From Patescibacteria group bacterium (GTDB taxonomy: Bacteria; Patescibacteriota; Minisyncoccia; Phycocordibacterales; Phycocordibacteraceae), in assembly GCA_040388985.1 (NCBI GenBank), contig JAZKAU010000002.1, positions 311,642-375,641 of the forward strand: a stretch of DNA of 64,000 nucleotides, read 5' to 3'. Under the pieces are notes generated by a model. It saw only the letters and a list, made by a program, of their open reading frames with translations. It searched no databases and was not told the DNA's origin. Every line of letters begins with the position of its first letter. The first letter of the stretch is position 1. A program made the translations under genes and the position numbers. Shown one piece after another: positions 11,113 to 21,654 of this stretch.

Positions 11113-11723
11113 ATGAGGGAAAGATAATCGCAATAACCGGAGGTCCGCGCAGCGGCAAGAGCACGCTCGTGAAGCTCCTGTCACAGCGGCTTGGCGCAAC
11201 GCCCTTTCTCGAAGGAGAGGAGAAGGATTTTCCCACGAGAATCATCGACGACATCGCGCAGGGAGATAATCAGCTCGAACTTGTGCTGTATTTCAGGAAC
11301 CTGCTCATCAAGCAGTATGCCGAGGCTCTCAGGATAAAGCAGGAAGGAAAGATAGCTGTCCTTGATTGTTTCTGGCTCACGAATCAGGTGTATATCGACG
11401 CCTGGGTGCCGGATGAGTTTCAAAGGAGTCTTCTGACGGAGCTTACTAATCTAGATATGCAGACATATCCGTGGCCGGACGCCGTCCTGGTACTCACTCA
11501 GTCAGACGAGGGTATCAGAGAATTCATACAGCTTGGCGGAAGGGAATTCGAGAATAATGCTGAATACTTCGAGCGGCAGCTAGCTATCCATAGGCAGCAT
11601 GATCGTTTCTTCAAGGAGATGGAACAGCGACATCCCAACGTCGTCTTCTTTGACCGTACAGGACTCGACTTCATGGGAAAAGAAGAAGACCTTGAACGAG
11701 TTCTGAGAATCTTGCCTCTCTAA
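11109..11723 (+). CDS. Deoxynucleoside kinase family protein
   Basis: IAITGGPRSGKST, WPDAVLVL and GREFE motifs. Confidence 0.8.
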   Translation: MNEGKIIAITGGPRSGKSTLVKLLSQRLGATPFLEGEEKDFPTRIIDDIAQGDNQLELVLYFRNLLIKQYAEALRIKQEGKIAVLDCFWLTNQVYIDAWVPDEFQRSLLTELTNLDMQTYPWPDAVLVLTQSDEGIREFIQLGGREFENNAEYFERQLAIHRQHDRFFKEMEQRHPNVVFFDRTGLDFMGKEEDLERVLRILPL

Positions 11724-11840
11724 AGATTCGTATCACCACCTTTAGCACTGCCAGTATTTATAAAGTCAGACGGACCTTCATTCTCCATCGTTATCAACAC
11801 GAACGTATGAGAATACGGAACGGTGCCGTATGATTTGCGT

Positions 11841-12506
11841 ATGGCTTTAGACCTCTCCGCTATCCGGACCTTCCTGCGCATAAACGGCATCACGGATACG
11901 AGCTCGGAAAGGGAGGTCCGGGACATGCTCCTGAAAGCGCATTACTCGGAGGCGGAGATTAGCGCGTATTTGTCTTCGCAGAATGCTGTACGCCCTGCTC
12001 CCGTTTCTGCCGTCGCTCCGGCAGAAACGTATGTGGCGCCCGCACCCGCTCCCGTAGTAAATCGTAGTCCCGTTGATATACCATCCCCTATCGTACGCAG
12101 CACTATGACTGCACCTCCAGCTCCGGCCGCGAGTGTAGATGTACGTAAGGGCAGATTCCAGGGAAGAGTGAACAGGAAGAATTATTTGTTCGGGAGTCTT
12201 GTCTTGCTGCTGACCTCTAGTTTGATGCTGCTATTTCCTCGACTGTTTGCGCACAATATCTATGTGGTATTTTTCGTTACCATCGTGCTAGTCGGCATAG
12301 TGGTCATCTTAGGGATATCACTCACCGTACGTCGCCTTCACGACATCGGCCATTCGTGGCTCCTGCTCCTCCTGAATCTCATCCCGTACGTGAATATCGG
12401 ACTCTTCATCTATCTCCTGGTGCGCAAAGGGTCTATAGGACCCAACGCGTATGGAGACCTCGTATCTCCCCAGCCATTCTGGAAGACCTTCTTCGCAGTT
12501 GCGTAG
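11841..12506 (+). CDS. DUF805 membrane protein with N-terminal extension and Pro-rich linker
   Basis: FQGRVNRKNY, VRRLHDIG, GPNAYG motifs. Confidence 0.85.
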   Translation: MALDLSAIRTFLRINGITDTSSEREVRDMLLKAHYSEAEISAYLSSQNAVRPAPVSAVAPAETYVAPAPAPVVNRSPVDIPSPIVRSTMTAPPAPAASVDVRKGRFQGRVNRKNYLFGSLVLLLTSSLMLLFPRLFAHNIYVVFFVTIVLVGIVVILGISLTVRRLHDIGHSWLLLLLNLIPYVNIGLFIYLLVRKGSIGPNAYGDLVSPQPFWKTFFAVA

Positions 12507-12509
12507 CGT

Positions 12510-12776
12510 ATGACGGAAGAACAGCTCACTTCTCCTCTCATTGCGGCAGCGTTCCTGACATTATTCGCGACATTCTTCCTGGCATCCGTAGTAGGAATGG
12601 AACCGATACGCGCAGGCAGTAATCTCTACATGACGATTGTCATTCCGATCACTCTATTCATATCAGCATTCTACTTCGCGTATACGCTGTACACGAAAGG
12701 ACATAGGGTATACATGGCAGGAGCACTCATCATATCTCTGTTGCTCGGCGGCTTCTTCCTGTACTCGTATTTCTAA
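12510..12776 (+). CDS. Small hypothetical membrane protein
   Basis: 88 aa, three hydrophobic helices, starts 3 nt after the upstream stop. Confidence 0.65.
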   Translation: MTEEQLTSPLIAAAFLTLFATFFLASVVGMEPIRAGSNLYMTIVIPITLFISAFYFAYTLYTKGHRVYMAGALIISLLLGGFFLYSYF

Positions 12777-12937
12777 AGATTCTTAGCCTGGGTGACGTAT
12801 GACTATCGTCAGCGAAGTCGGTGTAGACCTTAAAGAACGTCTGCGGACAAAGGGCTACTACGGTTAGTAAGAATTGATTTCTACACGGATGAGCATATAG
12901 TCAACATGGATGTGGCCACTAGAGAAAGGAGGCGACC

Positions 12938-13621
12938 ATGTACATCCCCATCAGCCTCCTCAGGAGGCACGTTCGAGAGAGCAATCTCATCGAGAATATC
13001 CGTTATCGTTCCGGCGTCCGGTTGGTCGCAAGCCATCTGAACGCTGCTGTACAGGTCGTGCGACGCACCGCTCGCGGTGAGCTTCTGGATCCTTTGCACA
13101 TCCATTCGCTGCTGTGCCGCGGCACCAGCATGGAAGGTTTCGGCGGAAAGAAACGTACCTGTAATGTATGCGTTGGCAAGTACGATATGCCGAGGTGGAG
13201 GGAAGTCACGCGACTTCTTAACTTGTGGCGCGGTACCGTCCAGTATTACGACAAGCGTATGAAGGATGCCCCGAAAAAGGAACGGGAACGTATTGCTCGA
13301 ATCCTCCACGAACTATTCCTCTGCGTACATCCGTTCGAAGACGGGAACGGTAGGACCTCACGACTCATTCTGAATATGCTGCGGCTTCGCTGGGGACTTG
13401 AGTGGCTGGTCGTTGAGAATCGCCGGAAAGGATTCTATTACCGGCAGATACGGCATACGCAGGACACGATCTTCAGGCCGTGCTACCCGAATGTCTTCCC
13501 GGAAGATGAGCGGCGGCGCTTGCGACGCCGTCTCGAAGCGGAACGAGCCTGGATAGACGCTTACGAGGATTTGCCGACCGGTAGGGTCTCGATGCGAAAT
13601 TCGATCCGCCCTCGTCGGTAA
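12938..13621 (+). CDS. Fic domain protein (AMPylase motif intact)
   Basis: HPFEDGNGRTSR; N-terminal ESNLIEN; SD AAGGAGG; hairpin at 13666-13693. Confidence 0.9.
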   Translation: MYIPISLLRRHVRESNLIENIRYRSGVRLVASHLNAAVQVVRRTARGELLDPLHIHSLLCRGTSMEGFGGKKRTCNVCVGKYDMPRWREVTRLLNLWRGTVQYYDKRMKDAPKKERERIARILHELFLCVHPFEDGNGRTSRLILNMLRLRWGLEWLVVENRRKGFYYRQIRHTQDTIFRPCYPNVFPEDERRRLRRRLEAERAWIDAYEDLPTGRVSMRNSIRPRR

Positions 13622-13728
13622 GGGCGCAATGACGTGAATCAGACCCGTGCTCGAACACAGGCACACCGGCCACTCCCCACAGGGTGGCCGGTTCACGTAT
13701 CTCTTGGTAGGTGTGCTAGCATTTCGAC

Positions 13729-15003
13729 ATGATCCATCGCCGGAGGTTCGGAGCGCACCATAAGAAACCGAGTGCTGCAGGAACGCATTCCTCTATATAT
13801 CTTGTGTGCGCGATGATGCTCTTCTGGACGCTTTCGGAAGGGATGGTGTCTTTCATTGTGCCGCTCAAGATACAGAATGCCGGCTTCACCGATACGATGC
13901 TCGGCGTCATCATCGGCACATCCTCTATCGCGGGCGCGCTATTCGATCTCGTCGCGTGCCGCCTCTTCAGGAATATCTTCTACAAGCGCATATTCGGGTT
14001 CATGTTCATCCTGTGCCTATCATTCCCACTTATCTTGATGCATGCAGGAACGCTTCTTGCCTTCGTCATAGGAATGGGCGTATGGGGGGTCTACTACGAT
14101 CTGCGTAATATCGGGAACTTCGACTACATCGCTCGCACCACGGTGCGAAGTGACAGCACGCGTGCCTTCGGCCTCATCCAGGTATTCCAGTCAGTGGGCT
14201 GGATACTCGGACCGATCATCGTCGGCTTTCTTGCAGGAGAGGCGGTGGGTTGGAAGCCGTTCGCGGCGATCTATGTATTTCTGGGCCTCGCCTTCTCCTT
14301 CTTTATTGCTCTCTGCGTCGCGGCAGGGAATAAGCGGGCGCTCGAGAATAGTCATAAGGAAAAGGAGTGCCGGCGCGGAACTTGGTCGGAGGCCAGGATG
14401 CTCGGGTCCGTCGGACGCGTCCTGTTCCCGACGCTGCTCGCCGTATTCTTCATCAACTTCGTCGACTCATTCTTCTGGAGTATCGGCCCTTTGTTCGCCG
14501 AAGCGCTTAAGCTCGGCTTCCTCGCGGGACTTCTCATGACCGCATGGTCCTTGCCGTCGATGCTGCTCGGCTGGCACGCGGGAAGGATCGCTGCCAGGTA
14601 CTCGAAGGAGCGCACGGCTTACGGCGCGCAATTCGCGAGCGCGCTCTGCCTCATACCTATCTTCTTTGTGTCCTCAGGAGTGGCTGTTGTCGCCATGGTC
14701 TTCGTCGCAGCTTCCTTCGCAGCCATCGCCATCCCTGCCTTCCAGAGCATGTTCACGGACTATATAGAGGTTCGTGGCGACCTGGAGAAAGAGATAGAAA
14801 GCCTCGAGGATCTCTACACGAATCTCGGCTACGTATTCGGACCTATCCTCGCAGGTTTCTCCTCTGATCTTCTGGGCTTCAATACGACGTTCGGCATTCT
14901 CGGCGCGGTAGTCGCGCTCATCGGATTCGCGCTCATCATCGTCGACCGCAGAGACACGGTGCCCTTCGTGCAGAAGGCCCCGCCCCTCATCTGCGATATC
15001 TAA
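13729..15003 (+). CDS. MFS transporter
   Basis: ~12 hydrophobic helices in two halves; GPIIVG/GPILAG repeats. Confidence 0.85.
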   Translation: MIHRRRFGAHHKKPSAAGTHSSIYLVCAMMLFWTLSEGMVSFIVPLKIQNAGFTDTMLGVIIGTSSIAGALFDLVACRLFRNIFYKRIFGFMFILCLSFPLILMHAGTLLAFVIGMGVWGVYYDLRNIGNFDYIARTTVRSDSTRAFGLIQVFQSVGWILGPIIVGFLAGEAVGWKPFAAIYVFLGLAFSFFIALCVAAGNKRALENSHKEKECRRGTWSEARMLGSVGRVLFPTLLAVFFINFVDSFFWSIGPLFAEALKLGFLAGLLMTAWSLPSMLLGWHAGRIAARYSKERTAYGAQFASALCLIPIFFVSSGVAVVAMVFVAASFAAIAIPAFQSMFTDYIEVRGDLEKEIESLEDLYTNLGYVFGPILAGFSSDLLGFNTTFGILGAVVALIGFALIIVDRRDTVPFVQKAPPLICDI

Positions 15004-15059
15004 GTAGCTGTTTTTGAGCTTGCGTTCCTGGGATAAGAAATCGGGTATACTGTCCGCAT

Positions 15060-15536
15060 ATGCAGAATGACTTCCGGCTCATCAACTCCTTCATCTTCTA
15101 CGTTGCTGTCCTTTTCTTCCTAGGAATCGGTGCAGCCACCCTTCCGCAGCTTCCTTGGTACTACGCGCTTACTCGGCCGGTCTGGACGCCTTCGCATGTA
15201 GTCGTCTCGACCATCTGGCTTCTCATCTTCCTTTCGACCGCAGCTTCGCTGTCAAAATATTGGGACACGGTGACGCATGACCGAACCTTCAGGTGGACCG
15301 TCCGGATGTATGCAGGCATGGCGCTCCTGGTCCTGCTCTGGAATTATCTCTTCTTCGGCGCGCATATGGTCGCGCTTTCCGTCTGGGCCGCAGCCCTCGT
15401 TACTCTCGCTATACTCGCTATCCTTCTGCGGGTACGAACGGCATCAGCCAAGGCTGCACTATACATGGTCCCGTTCCTGGTCTGGGGAATCTTTGCGACC
15501 TATATCGTCCACGTCATCGCTCTCTTGAACCCCTAA
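15060..15536 (+). CDS. TspO/MBR family protein
   Basis: WYYALTRPVWTP, WNYLFFG, PFLVW motifs. Confidence 0.85.
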   Translation: MQNDFRLINSFIFYVAVLFFLGIGAATLPQLPWYYALTRPVWTPSHVVVSTIWLLIFLSTAASLSKYWDTVTHDRTFRWTVRMYAGMALLVLLWNYLFFGAHMVALSVWAAALVTLAILAILLRVRTASAKAALYMVPFLVWGIFATYIVHVIALLNP

Positions 15537-15585
15537 GTGCCTTTGTTCGCCTTTACATGCGTCGAATACCTTATAGGGTAGGGAC

Positions 15586-16317
15586 ATGACTCCCGAGAAC
15601 CGGAACAGCAATCAAGAGCAGTGGGACGCGGAATATCGCGCTTCGCAGATGCTCTCGCCATCGAATATTCCCCAGGCGGATGTCGTACGCTTTACGCGCT
15701 GGCTCAAGAAGGAGGGCAAGCGCGCGGGACGTCCGCTCGAGATCGACGAGATGACCGTACTTGATCTTGGAAGCGGTACGGGGCGCAACAGCTTCTACTA
15801 TGCCCAGCAAGGAGCAACTGCCATAGGCTACGAGCTTTCCGAGACGGCGCTCGCTATGGCGCAGAAGTTCGCCCGTCATGGCGAGCTCGCCATCGATTAC
15901 CGGAGACAGGATATCGGCGCGCCGTATCCGCTACCGGACGCATCCGTAGATATCGTGCTTGATATCACGTCTTCCAATTCGCTGAGCGATGCGAAGCGCG
16001 AGGTATATCTCTCGGAAATTTCCCGAGTACTTAAGCCGGGCGGTCATATGCTCGTGCGGGCGCTTGCCAAGGAGGGGGACGCCAACGCGAAGACGCTCAT
16101 CGCGCGCGCTCCTGGCGCTGATCCTGATACCTATGTGCACCCGGATCTGGGCATCATCGAGAAAGTCTTCTCTCGCAAGTCCTTCAGGGAGACTTATGGC
16201 AGGTTCGAGATCCTCGAACTCGAACGAGTGAGCCATTACAACGCCGTTGCGGGCCGGAAGTATAAGAGAAACTACTGGATCGCGTATATGCGCAAGCCTA
16301 GTAAGCCGGTGGATTGA
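15586..16317 (+). CDS. Class I SAM-dependent methyltransferase
   Basis: VLDLGSGTGRN; RVLKPGG. Confidence 0.9.
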   Translation: MTPENRNSNQEQWDAEYRASQMLSPSNIPQADVVRFTRWLKKEGKRAGRPLEIDEMTVLDLGSGTGRNSFYYAQQGATAIGYELSETALAMAQKFARHGELAIDYRRQDIGAPYPLPDASVDIVLDITSSNSLSDAKREVYLSEISRVLKPGGHMLVRALAKEGDANAKTLIARAPGADPDTYVHPDLGIIEKVFSRKSFRETYGRFEILELERVSHYNAVAGRKYKRNYWIAYMRKPSKPVD

Positions 16318-16493
16318 GATTTGTAAGGAAATCAGATAGGATAGCGGGGTGCGATGTAGAGAGGGTTAGTCGATAGAAGATGGCCTCGCCGATGGAAGAA
16401 CACAATCTCGAAGACTCGAAAGGTTTTTCCATCACGGCTCTCTCGGGCGAAAAGAAATATGCATAAGAATGCAGATTTCTTTTACCCTCGTTC

Positions 16494-16565
16494 GCCGATG
16501 TAGCTCAGGGGTAGAGCAACTCCATGGTAAGGAGTAGGTCGGCAGTTCAATTCTGCCCATCGGCT
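16494..16565 (+). tRNA. tRNA-Thr(GGT)
   Basis: GCCGATG/CATCGGC stem, anticodon stem ACTCC/GGAGT with GGT, TTCAATT T-loop. Confidence 0.93.
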
Positions 16566-16667
16566 CAAGCATCGATTCCGATGCGGTCGGGCTTCAAGTG
16601 ATCCCATCGGTTCCAGGTTTGTGTTCACAAGCCAGAGCGTTAGTTGGGCGCCGCTAGGCGCCCAGAA

Positions 16668-16740
16668 GCCGAAGTAGCTCAGTTGGTAGAGCATTTCACT
16701 CGTAACGAAAAGGTCGCCGGTTCAATCCCGGCCTTCGGCT
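16668..16740 (+). tRNA. tRNA-Thr(CGT)
   Basis: GCCGAAG/CTTCGGC stem, loop CT-CGT-AA, TTCAATC T-loop. Confidence 0.93.
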
Positions 16741-16783
16741 CAAAGAGTTTGTGCGACATTATTATTCTTGATACATTAGCCTT

Positions 16784-16905
16784 CTGGCCCGATACGATTT
16801 CACCTCTCGGGCCAGGGACGCTCGGCGTGTTAATCCTGAGCCAAGGCCGTGCTCCGCACGCCGAGCGTCCGCTCTCTTGCGCCCACCGAGCATCGGTGGG
16901 TTTTT
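16784..16905 (+). ncRNA. Candidate structured RNA (two long hairpins plus terminator)
   Basis: 9-bp stem 16784-16815, 14-bp stem 16816-16870, terminator 16881-16905. Confidence 0.45.
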
Positions 16906-16921
16906 GCTATACTCAACCCTA

Positions 16922-17815
16922 ATGAACGATGAGACGCAGAAACGGCTCGAAGAAATCGAAGCGCTGATGGCTTCGCCGTCTTTCTGGGCCGATAAGGACG
17001 AAGCGCAGCGTATCGTACGTGAGTATCAGAGTCTCAAAGACGGCGAAGGCGATCAGGGAGCCGACCCGCAAGATGCAGGACCTGCGACGCTCGCCATCCT
17101 CGCTGGCGCCGGAGGCGACGACGCGGAGGATTTCGCCGGCATGCTGCGACGCATGTACGAAGGATATGCAGATAAGAAGGGTTGGCGCGTGCGCGAACTC
17201 GATGCCAACGAGAACAATCACGGCGGATATCGCAGTCTTCTGCTTGAGATAGAAGGGAAGAGCGCGTACGGCAGGCTCAAATACGAAGCGGGCGTGCATC
17301 GCCTCGTGCGCATCTCGCCGTTCAACTCCAATAACAAACGGCAGACGTCATTCGCGCTCGTGGAAGTGCTTCCGAAAGTCGGCGCTGCCGACGCCATCGA
17401 TCTGCGGCCGGACGATCTCGATATCCAATTCGCCCGCTCCGGAGGAGCGGGCGGCCAGAACGTGAATAAGCGCGAGACTGCGGTGCGTATCACGCACACG
17501 CCGTCCGGGATCTCCGTCCACGTATCGAGCGAACGCAGCCAGCAGGCTAACCGTGAGAAGGCCATGGATCTCATCCGTGCGAAGCTCCTGGTCCGGCAGA
17601 CACTCGAGCGAGACGCGGAATCTAAAGGCCGCTCTATAGCGCCCACGACCGCCAACGAATGGGGCAGCCAGATGCGCTCATATGTCCTGCATCCCTATAA
17701 GATGGTCAAAGACCATGAGACCGGTCACGAGTCTCATAATCCCGACGCCGTGCTGGACGGCGACCTCGATGCTTTCATCGATGCGCACGCGTCTGTGGAT
17801 AACGAAGCCAAATGA
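16922..17815 (+). CDS. prfB: Peptide chain release factor 2 (short form)
   Basis: SPF motif (VRISPF), [22 protein letters not shown]; 297 aa; lies upstream of ftsEX. Confidence 0.93.
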   Translation: MNDETQKRLEEIEALMASPSFWADKDEAQRIVREYQSLKDGEGDQGADPQDAGPATLAILAGAGGDDAEDFAGMLRRMYEGYADKKGWRVRELDANENNHGGYRSLLLEIEGKSAYGRLKYEAGVHRLVRISPFNSNNKRQTSFALVEVLPKVGAADAIDLRPDDLDIQFARSGGAGGQNVNKRETAVRITHTPSGISVHVSSERSQQANREKAMDLIRAKLLVRQTLERDAESKGRSIAPTTANEWGSQMRSYVLHPYKMVKDHETGHESHNPDAVLDGDLDAFIDAHASVDNEAK

Positions 17816-17878
17816 GCGGTCCGTTGCGCGCTTCATGAATAGACGTGCCTTGCGACCGTGGGGTATACTACGTCGGTC

Positions 17879-18559
17879 ATGATCTATTTCGACAAGGTGA
17901 CGAAGATGTACCGCGACGGCAGTCCCGGACTCGAGGACGTAACCCTCTCCATCAGTCCCAAGGAATTCGTCTCCATCGTCGGCCACTCAGGCGCGGGCAA
18001 GACCACGCTCCTTAAGATGCTCCTTGCCGAAGATACGCCCACCGAAGGCAACGTCTATTTCGAAGAGACCGACGTGCATTCGCTTCCGAAGCACGCGCTT
18101 CATCATTACCGCCGCAAGATAGGTATGGTCTTCCAGGATTTCCGTCTCATTCCGAATAAGACTGCCTATGAGAACATCGCCTTCGCCATGGAAGCCGCAG
18201 GCCGTCCTGACGACGAGATAGCGTCCGACGTGCCGTACATCCTCGACCTGGTCGATCTGGGCAGCAAGGGCGGACATTTCCCGCACCAGCTCTCAGGCGG
18301 CGAGCAGCAGCGCGTCGCTATCGGTCGTGCAATCGTGAACCAGCCGGACGTTATTGTCGCTGACGAGCCTACGGGAAATCTGGATCCGGTGAACACGTAC
18401 GAGATCGTCGAGATCTTGAAGAAGATAAACGAGCTCGGCACGACGGTTCTCATTACCACGCATAACAAGGGTGTCGTCGACGCCATGGGCAAGCGCGTCA
18501 TCACGATGGAGCGCGGGCGCATCACCCGTGACGACGCGCACGGGCAGTATATCTTATGA
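17879..18559 (+). CDS. ftsE: Cell division ATP-binding protein FtsE
   Basis: [29 protein letters not shown]; precedes ftsX. Confidence 0.93.
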   Translation: MIYFDKVTKMYRDGSPGLEDVTLSISPKEFVSIVGHSGAGKTTLLKMLLAEDTPTEGNVYFEETDVHSLPKHALHHYRRKIGMVFQDFRLIPNKTAYENIAFAMEAAGRPDDEIASDVPYILDLVDLGSKGGHFPHQLSGGEQQRVAIGRAIVNQPDVIVADEPTGNLDPVNTYEIVEILKKINELGTTVLITTHNKGVVDAMGKRVITMERGRITRDDAHGQYIL

Positions 18560-18656
18560 ACACAACGAGCGTAGCGACTATGTGTTCGTTAGATGTCGGG
18601 AATTCTCTGCAGTCTTCCCGGCAGAGAATTCCCGACGCCTATAATTCCTTATAATC

Positions 18657-19577
18657 ATGTTTACTACTTTCAGACGCATCTTCTCCGCAGGCAGCCAGAG
18701 TTTCGCACGCAGCGGCCTCGTATCATTCGCGACCGTGCTCATCATGACGGCGACGCTCATCATCATCGGGACCCTCATCCTCCTCTCTGCCGTACTTTCC
18801 AATACGCTTGCTGCCATCGAGAACAAGGTCGACATCAACGTCTACTTCACGACCGACGCAGGCGAAAGCGACATCATGTCGGTCAAGTCGAGCCTGGAGA
18901 AGCTTCCTGCGGTAGCGCAGGTGACCTATACCTCGCGCGAAGACGCGCTCGCGCAGTTCCGCGCTCGCCATTCCGATGATCAGCTAACCCTCGCCGCTCT
19001 CGATCAACTCGGCGAGAATCCGCTCGGAGCCTCGCTTGCCGTGAAGGCCACCGATCCGAGCAAGTACGCGAGCATCGTGAACTTCCTTTCTGACGGCTCG
19101 AATATATCAGGCGGCTCCTCGATTATCGAGCGCGTGAACTACTATCAGAACAAGACCGTGATCGACCGTCTTACCGCCGCCATCAGTGCCACCCAGAAGG
19201 CTGGCCTCGCCATCGTGCTTCTATTTGCCATCGCAAGCATCATCATCGCCTTCGCGACCGTCAGGCTCGCCATCTACAGCGCGCGCGACGAGATAGCCGT
19301 TATGCGTCTGGTTGGAGCCTCCAATGCCTTCATTCGCGGACCGTTCATCGTGGCGGGCATCATAGGCGGCGTCATATCCGCCGTCATAACACTCCTGCTG
19401 TTCTATCCGGCCACCTGGTATGCAGGCCGCTCGCTTTCCGATTGGCTCGGCGGATTCAACCTCTTCACCTACTACACGGGCCATTTCGCCTTCATATTCT
19501 TCGTGCTAGTAGGTTCAGGCGTATTGCTCGGCGGTATCGCCTCATTCGTAGCCGTGCGCAGGTATCTCCGCATCTAG
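18657..19577 (+). CDS. ftsX: Cell division permease FtsX
   Basis: NPLGAS, EIAVMRLVGAS..FIRGPF; 4 TM helices. Confidence 0.93.
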   Translation: MFTTFRRIFSAGSQSFARSGLVSFATVLIMTATLIIIGTLILLSAVLSNTLAAIENKVDINVYFTTDAGESDIMSVKSSLEKLPAVAQVTYTSREDALAQFRARHSDDQLTLAALDQLGENPLGASLAVKATDPSKYASIVNFLSDGSNISGGSSIIERVNYYQNKTVIDRLTAAISATQKAGLAIVLLFAIASIIIAFATVRLAIYSARDEIAVMRLVGASNAFIRGPFIVAGIIGGVISAVITLLLFYPATWYAGRSLSDWLGGFNLFTYYTGHFAFIFFVLVGSGVLLGGIASFVAVRRYLRI

Positions 19578-19578
19578 T

Positions 19579-21225
19579 ATGGCGCTCGAAGGTCACAAAT
19601 ATATATTCGTCCTCGGCGGGGTGATGAGTGGCGTCGGAAAGGGGGTCGCTTCCTCTTCCATGGGTCTTCTCTTGCAGGAGCTTGGCTACAGCGTGAACCT
19701 TGTGAAGATCGATCCGTATCTGAATGTCGACGCCGGTACGATGAATCCGACCGAGCACGGCGAGGTCTTCGTGCTGAACTCCGGTCTCGAGACCGATCAG
19801 GACATGGGCAACTATGAGCGCTTCCTCAACCGCGACCTGGGTCCCGAAGACTATATGACGAGCGGCATGGTCTATAAGACGGTCATCGAGCGCGAGCGAG
19901 CGCTCGAGTACGGCGGCCGCTGCATCGAAGCTGTCCCGCACGTGCGCGATGAGATATTGCGTCGCATCCAGATAGCGGCAAGCCATAACGGCAGCCAGAT
20001 CTCCGTCATTGAGATAGGCGGGACGGTGGGGGACTTCCAGAACGCGCTCTTCATCGAGGCTGCGCGCGTCCTGCGCCTTACGCATCCTGACGACGTGCTC
20101 TTCGTGATGGTTTCGTACCTGCCGGTGCCGAGCACGCTCGGCGAGATGAAGACCAAGCCTACCCAGACTGCGGTGCGCGAGCTCAACTCCTATGGCGTGC
20201 AGCCGGACTTCATCATTGCTCGCGCGAACAATGCCATGGATGAGAAGCGTAAGGAGAAGCTCGCCATCTGGTGCAACGTGCGTCCGAGCCATGTCATCTC
20301 GGCTCCTGACGTCGAGAGCATCTATGACGTGCCGCTTAACTTTGAGCAGGACAATCTCGGCAACCTGCTCCTTGACGCGCTCAAGCTCCCGAATAACAAG
20401 CCTTCGGATTTCAAGGCCTGGAAAGAATTCCTCGGAAAGCTGAAGGCGGGAGGTCCTGAAGTGACTATCGGCATCGTCGGCAAATATTTCGATACCGGAG
20501 ATTTCGTGTTGTCAGACGCCTATCTTTCCATCATCGAGGCGCTCAAGTTCTCGGGAGCGGCGCAGGGCGTGAAGCCCGTCATCGAATGGGTGAACGCCAA
20601 AGATTTCGAGAAGGGAACGAGTGTCGAGACGCTGGCCAAGTATGATGGCATCCTCGTCCCGGGCGGTTTCGGCGAGACCGGCATCGAAGGCAAGCTCAAG
20701 GCCATCCGCTACGCGCGCGAGAACCAGATTCCGTATTTCGGCATCTGCTACGGCATGCAGCTCATGGTCGTCGAATACGCGCGCAACGTGCTCGGTATTG
20801 CTGACGCCCACACCATGGAGATAGATCCGCAGACTAAGAATCCAGTGGTCGCCATCATGGACGCGCAGAAGAAACATATAGCTGAAGGCAACTATGGCGG
20901 CACGATGCGGCTCGGAACCTATGTCGAGAACATCAAGGCGGGGACCATAGCGCGCGAAGCATACGGCGTAGCTTCCGTGGAAGAACGCCATCGCCATCGC
21001 TATGAGATAAACCCTGCATATGTGCCGCAGATCGAAGAAGCTGGCATGGTCTTCTCTGCGACCAGTCCTGACGGCGTGCTCATGGAGATGGCTGAGCTGC
21101 CGCGCGAGACGCACCCCTTCTTCCTGGGCACCCAAGCGCACCCCGAGCTTCAGGCCCGCCCGCTTGCGCCGCACCCGCTTTTCACTGAGTTCTTGAAGGC
21201 AGCTTCAGCCCGGCGCGCCCGCTAG
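19579..21225 (+). CDS. pyrG: CTP synthase
   Basis: GGVMSGVGKG, KIDPYLNVDAGTMNP, KTKPTQ, GICYGMQ, RHRHRYE, HPE. Confidence 0.98.
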   Translation: MALEGHKYIFVLGGVMSGVGKGVASSSMGLLLQELGYSVNLVKIDPYLNVDAGTMNPTEHGEVFVLNSGLETDQDMGNYERFLNRDLGPEDYMTSGMVYKTVIERERALEYGGRCIEAVPHVRDEILRRIQIAASHNGSQISVIEIGGTVGDFQNALFIEAARVLRLTHPDDVLFVMVSYLPVPSTLGEMKTKPTQTAVRELNSYGVQPDFIIARANNAMDEKRKEKLAIWCNVRPSHVISAPDVESIYDVPLNFEQDNLGNLLLDALKLPNNKPSDFKAWKEFLGKLKAGGPEVTIGIVGKYFDTGDFVLSDAYLSIIEALKFSGAAQGVKPVIEWVNAKDFEKGTSVETLAKYDGILVPGGFGETGIEGKLKAIRYARENQIPYFGICYGMQLMVVEYARNVLGIADAHTMEIDPQTKNPVVAIMDAQKKHIAEGNYGGTMRLGTYVENIKAGTIAREAYGVASVEERHRHRYEINPAYVPQIEEAGMVFSATSPDGVLMEMAELPRETHPFFLGTQAHPELQARPLAPHPLFTEFLKAASARRAR

Positions 21226-21341
21226 AGCGCGCAAGCGCGCTCATCTTCTCTTCACGACATTCGTGCCATGCTTATCTCCTAGGTAAGGGAGCTATACTAA
21301 GAACGTCTACCTTAGCGGAACTAACCACCTATCATTCGTCT

Positions 21342-21602
21342 ATGACCACTACCAGCAAAGCCGTTCTCGGGATAGCACTAGCAGCCGTTATCCTCGTCAT
21401 CGCGTTCTACGCGCTTCGCATGCATGACGCCGGTACGAACGCGCAATCGGCTGACGCGGCAACCCTTCCGACGCCCGCAAATGACACGTCCGATAGCGCG
21501 ATGGATAAGGATGCAGCCGCTATCGATGCGCAGCTGAAAGGCCTATCTGACGATGACGCCACTGTCGACCAGGGAATCCAGACGCACGCGACTGCGCAGT
21601 AG
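21342..21602 (+). CDS. Small membrane-anchored hypothetical protein
   Basis: N-terminal TM segment with acidic tail. Confidence 0.65.
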   Translation: MTTTSKAVLGIALAAVILVIAFYALRMHDAGTNAQSADAATLPTPANDTSDSAMDKDAAAIDAQLKGLSDDDATVDQGIQTHATAQ

Positions 21603-21654
21603 CTCTGGTATCCGCGACTCTCACATCTTTACTAATCTCACTACTACCCACTCT

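Noticed and set aside
16388-16440. Hairpin GCCGATGG...CCATCACGGCTC containing GACTCGAA upstream of tRNA-Thr, as a third split-antisense element
   Set aside because: GACTCGAA does not complement the Thr T-loop (TTCAATT) and the A-hairpin-GT linker is absent; at best a decayed remnant
16566-16667. Spacer between the two tRNA-Thr genes with CCCATCGGTTCCA resembling the tRNA end
   Set aside because: Match is only ~8 nt, with no cloverleaf or clear antisense pair
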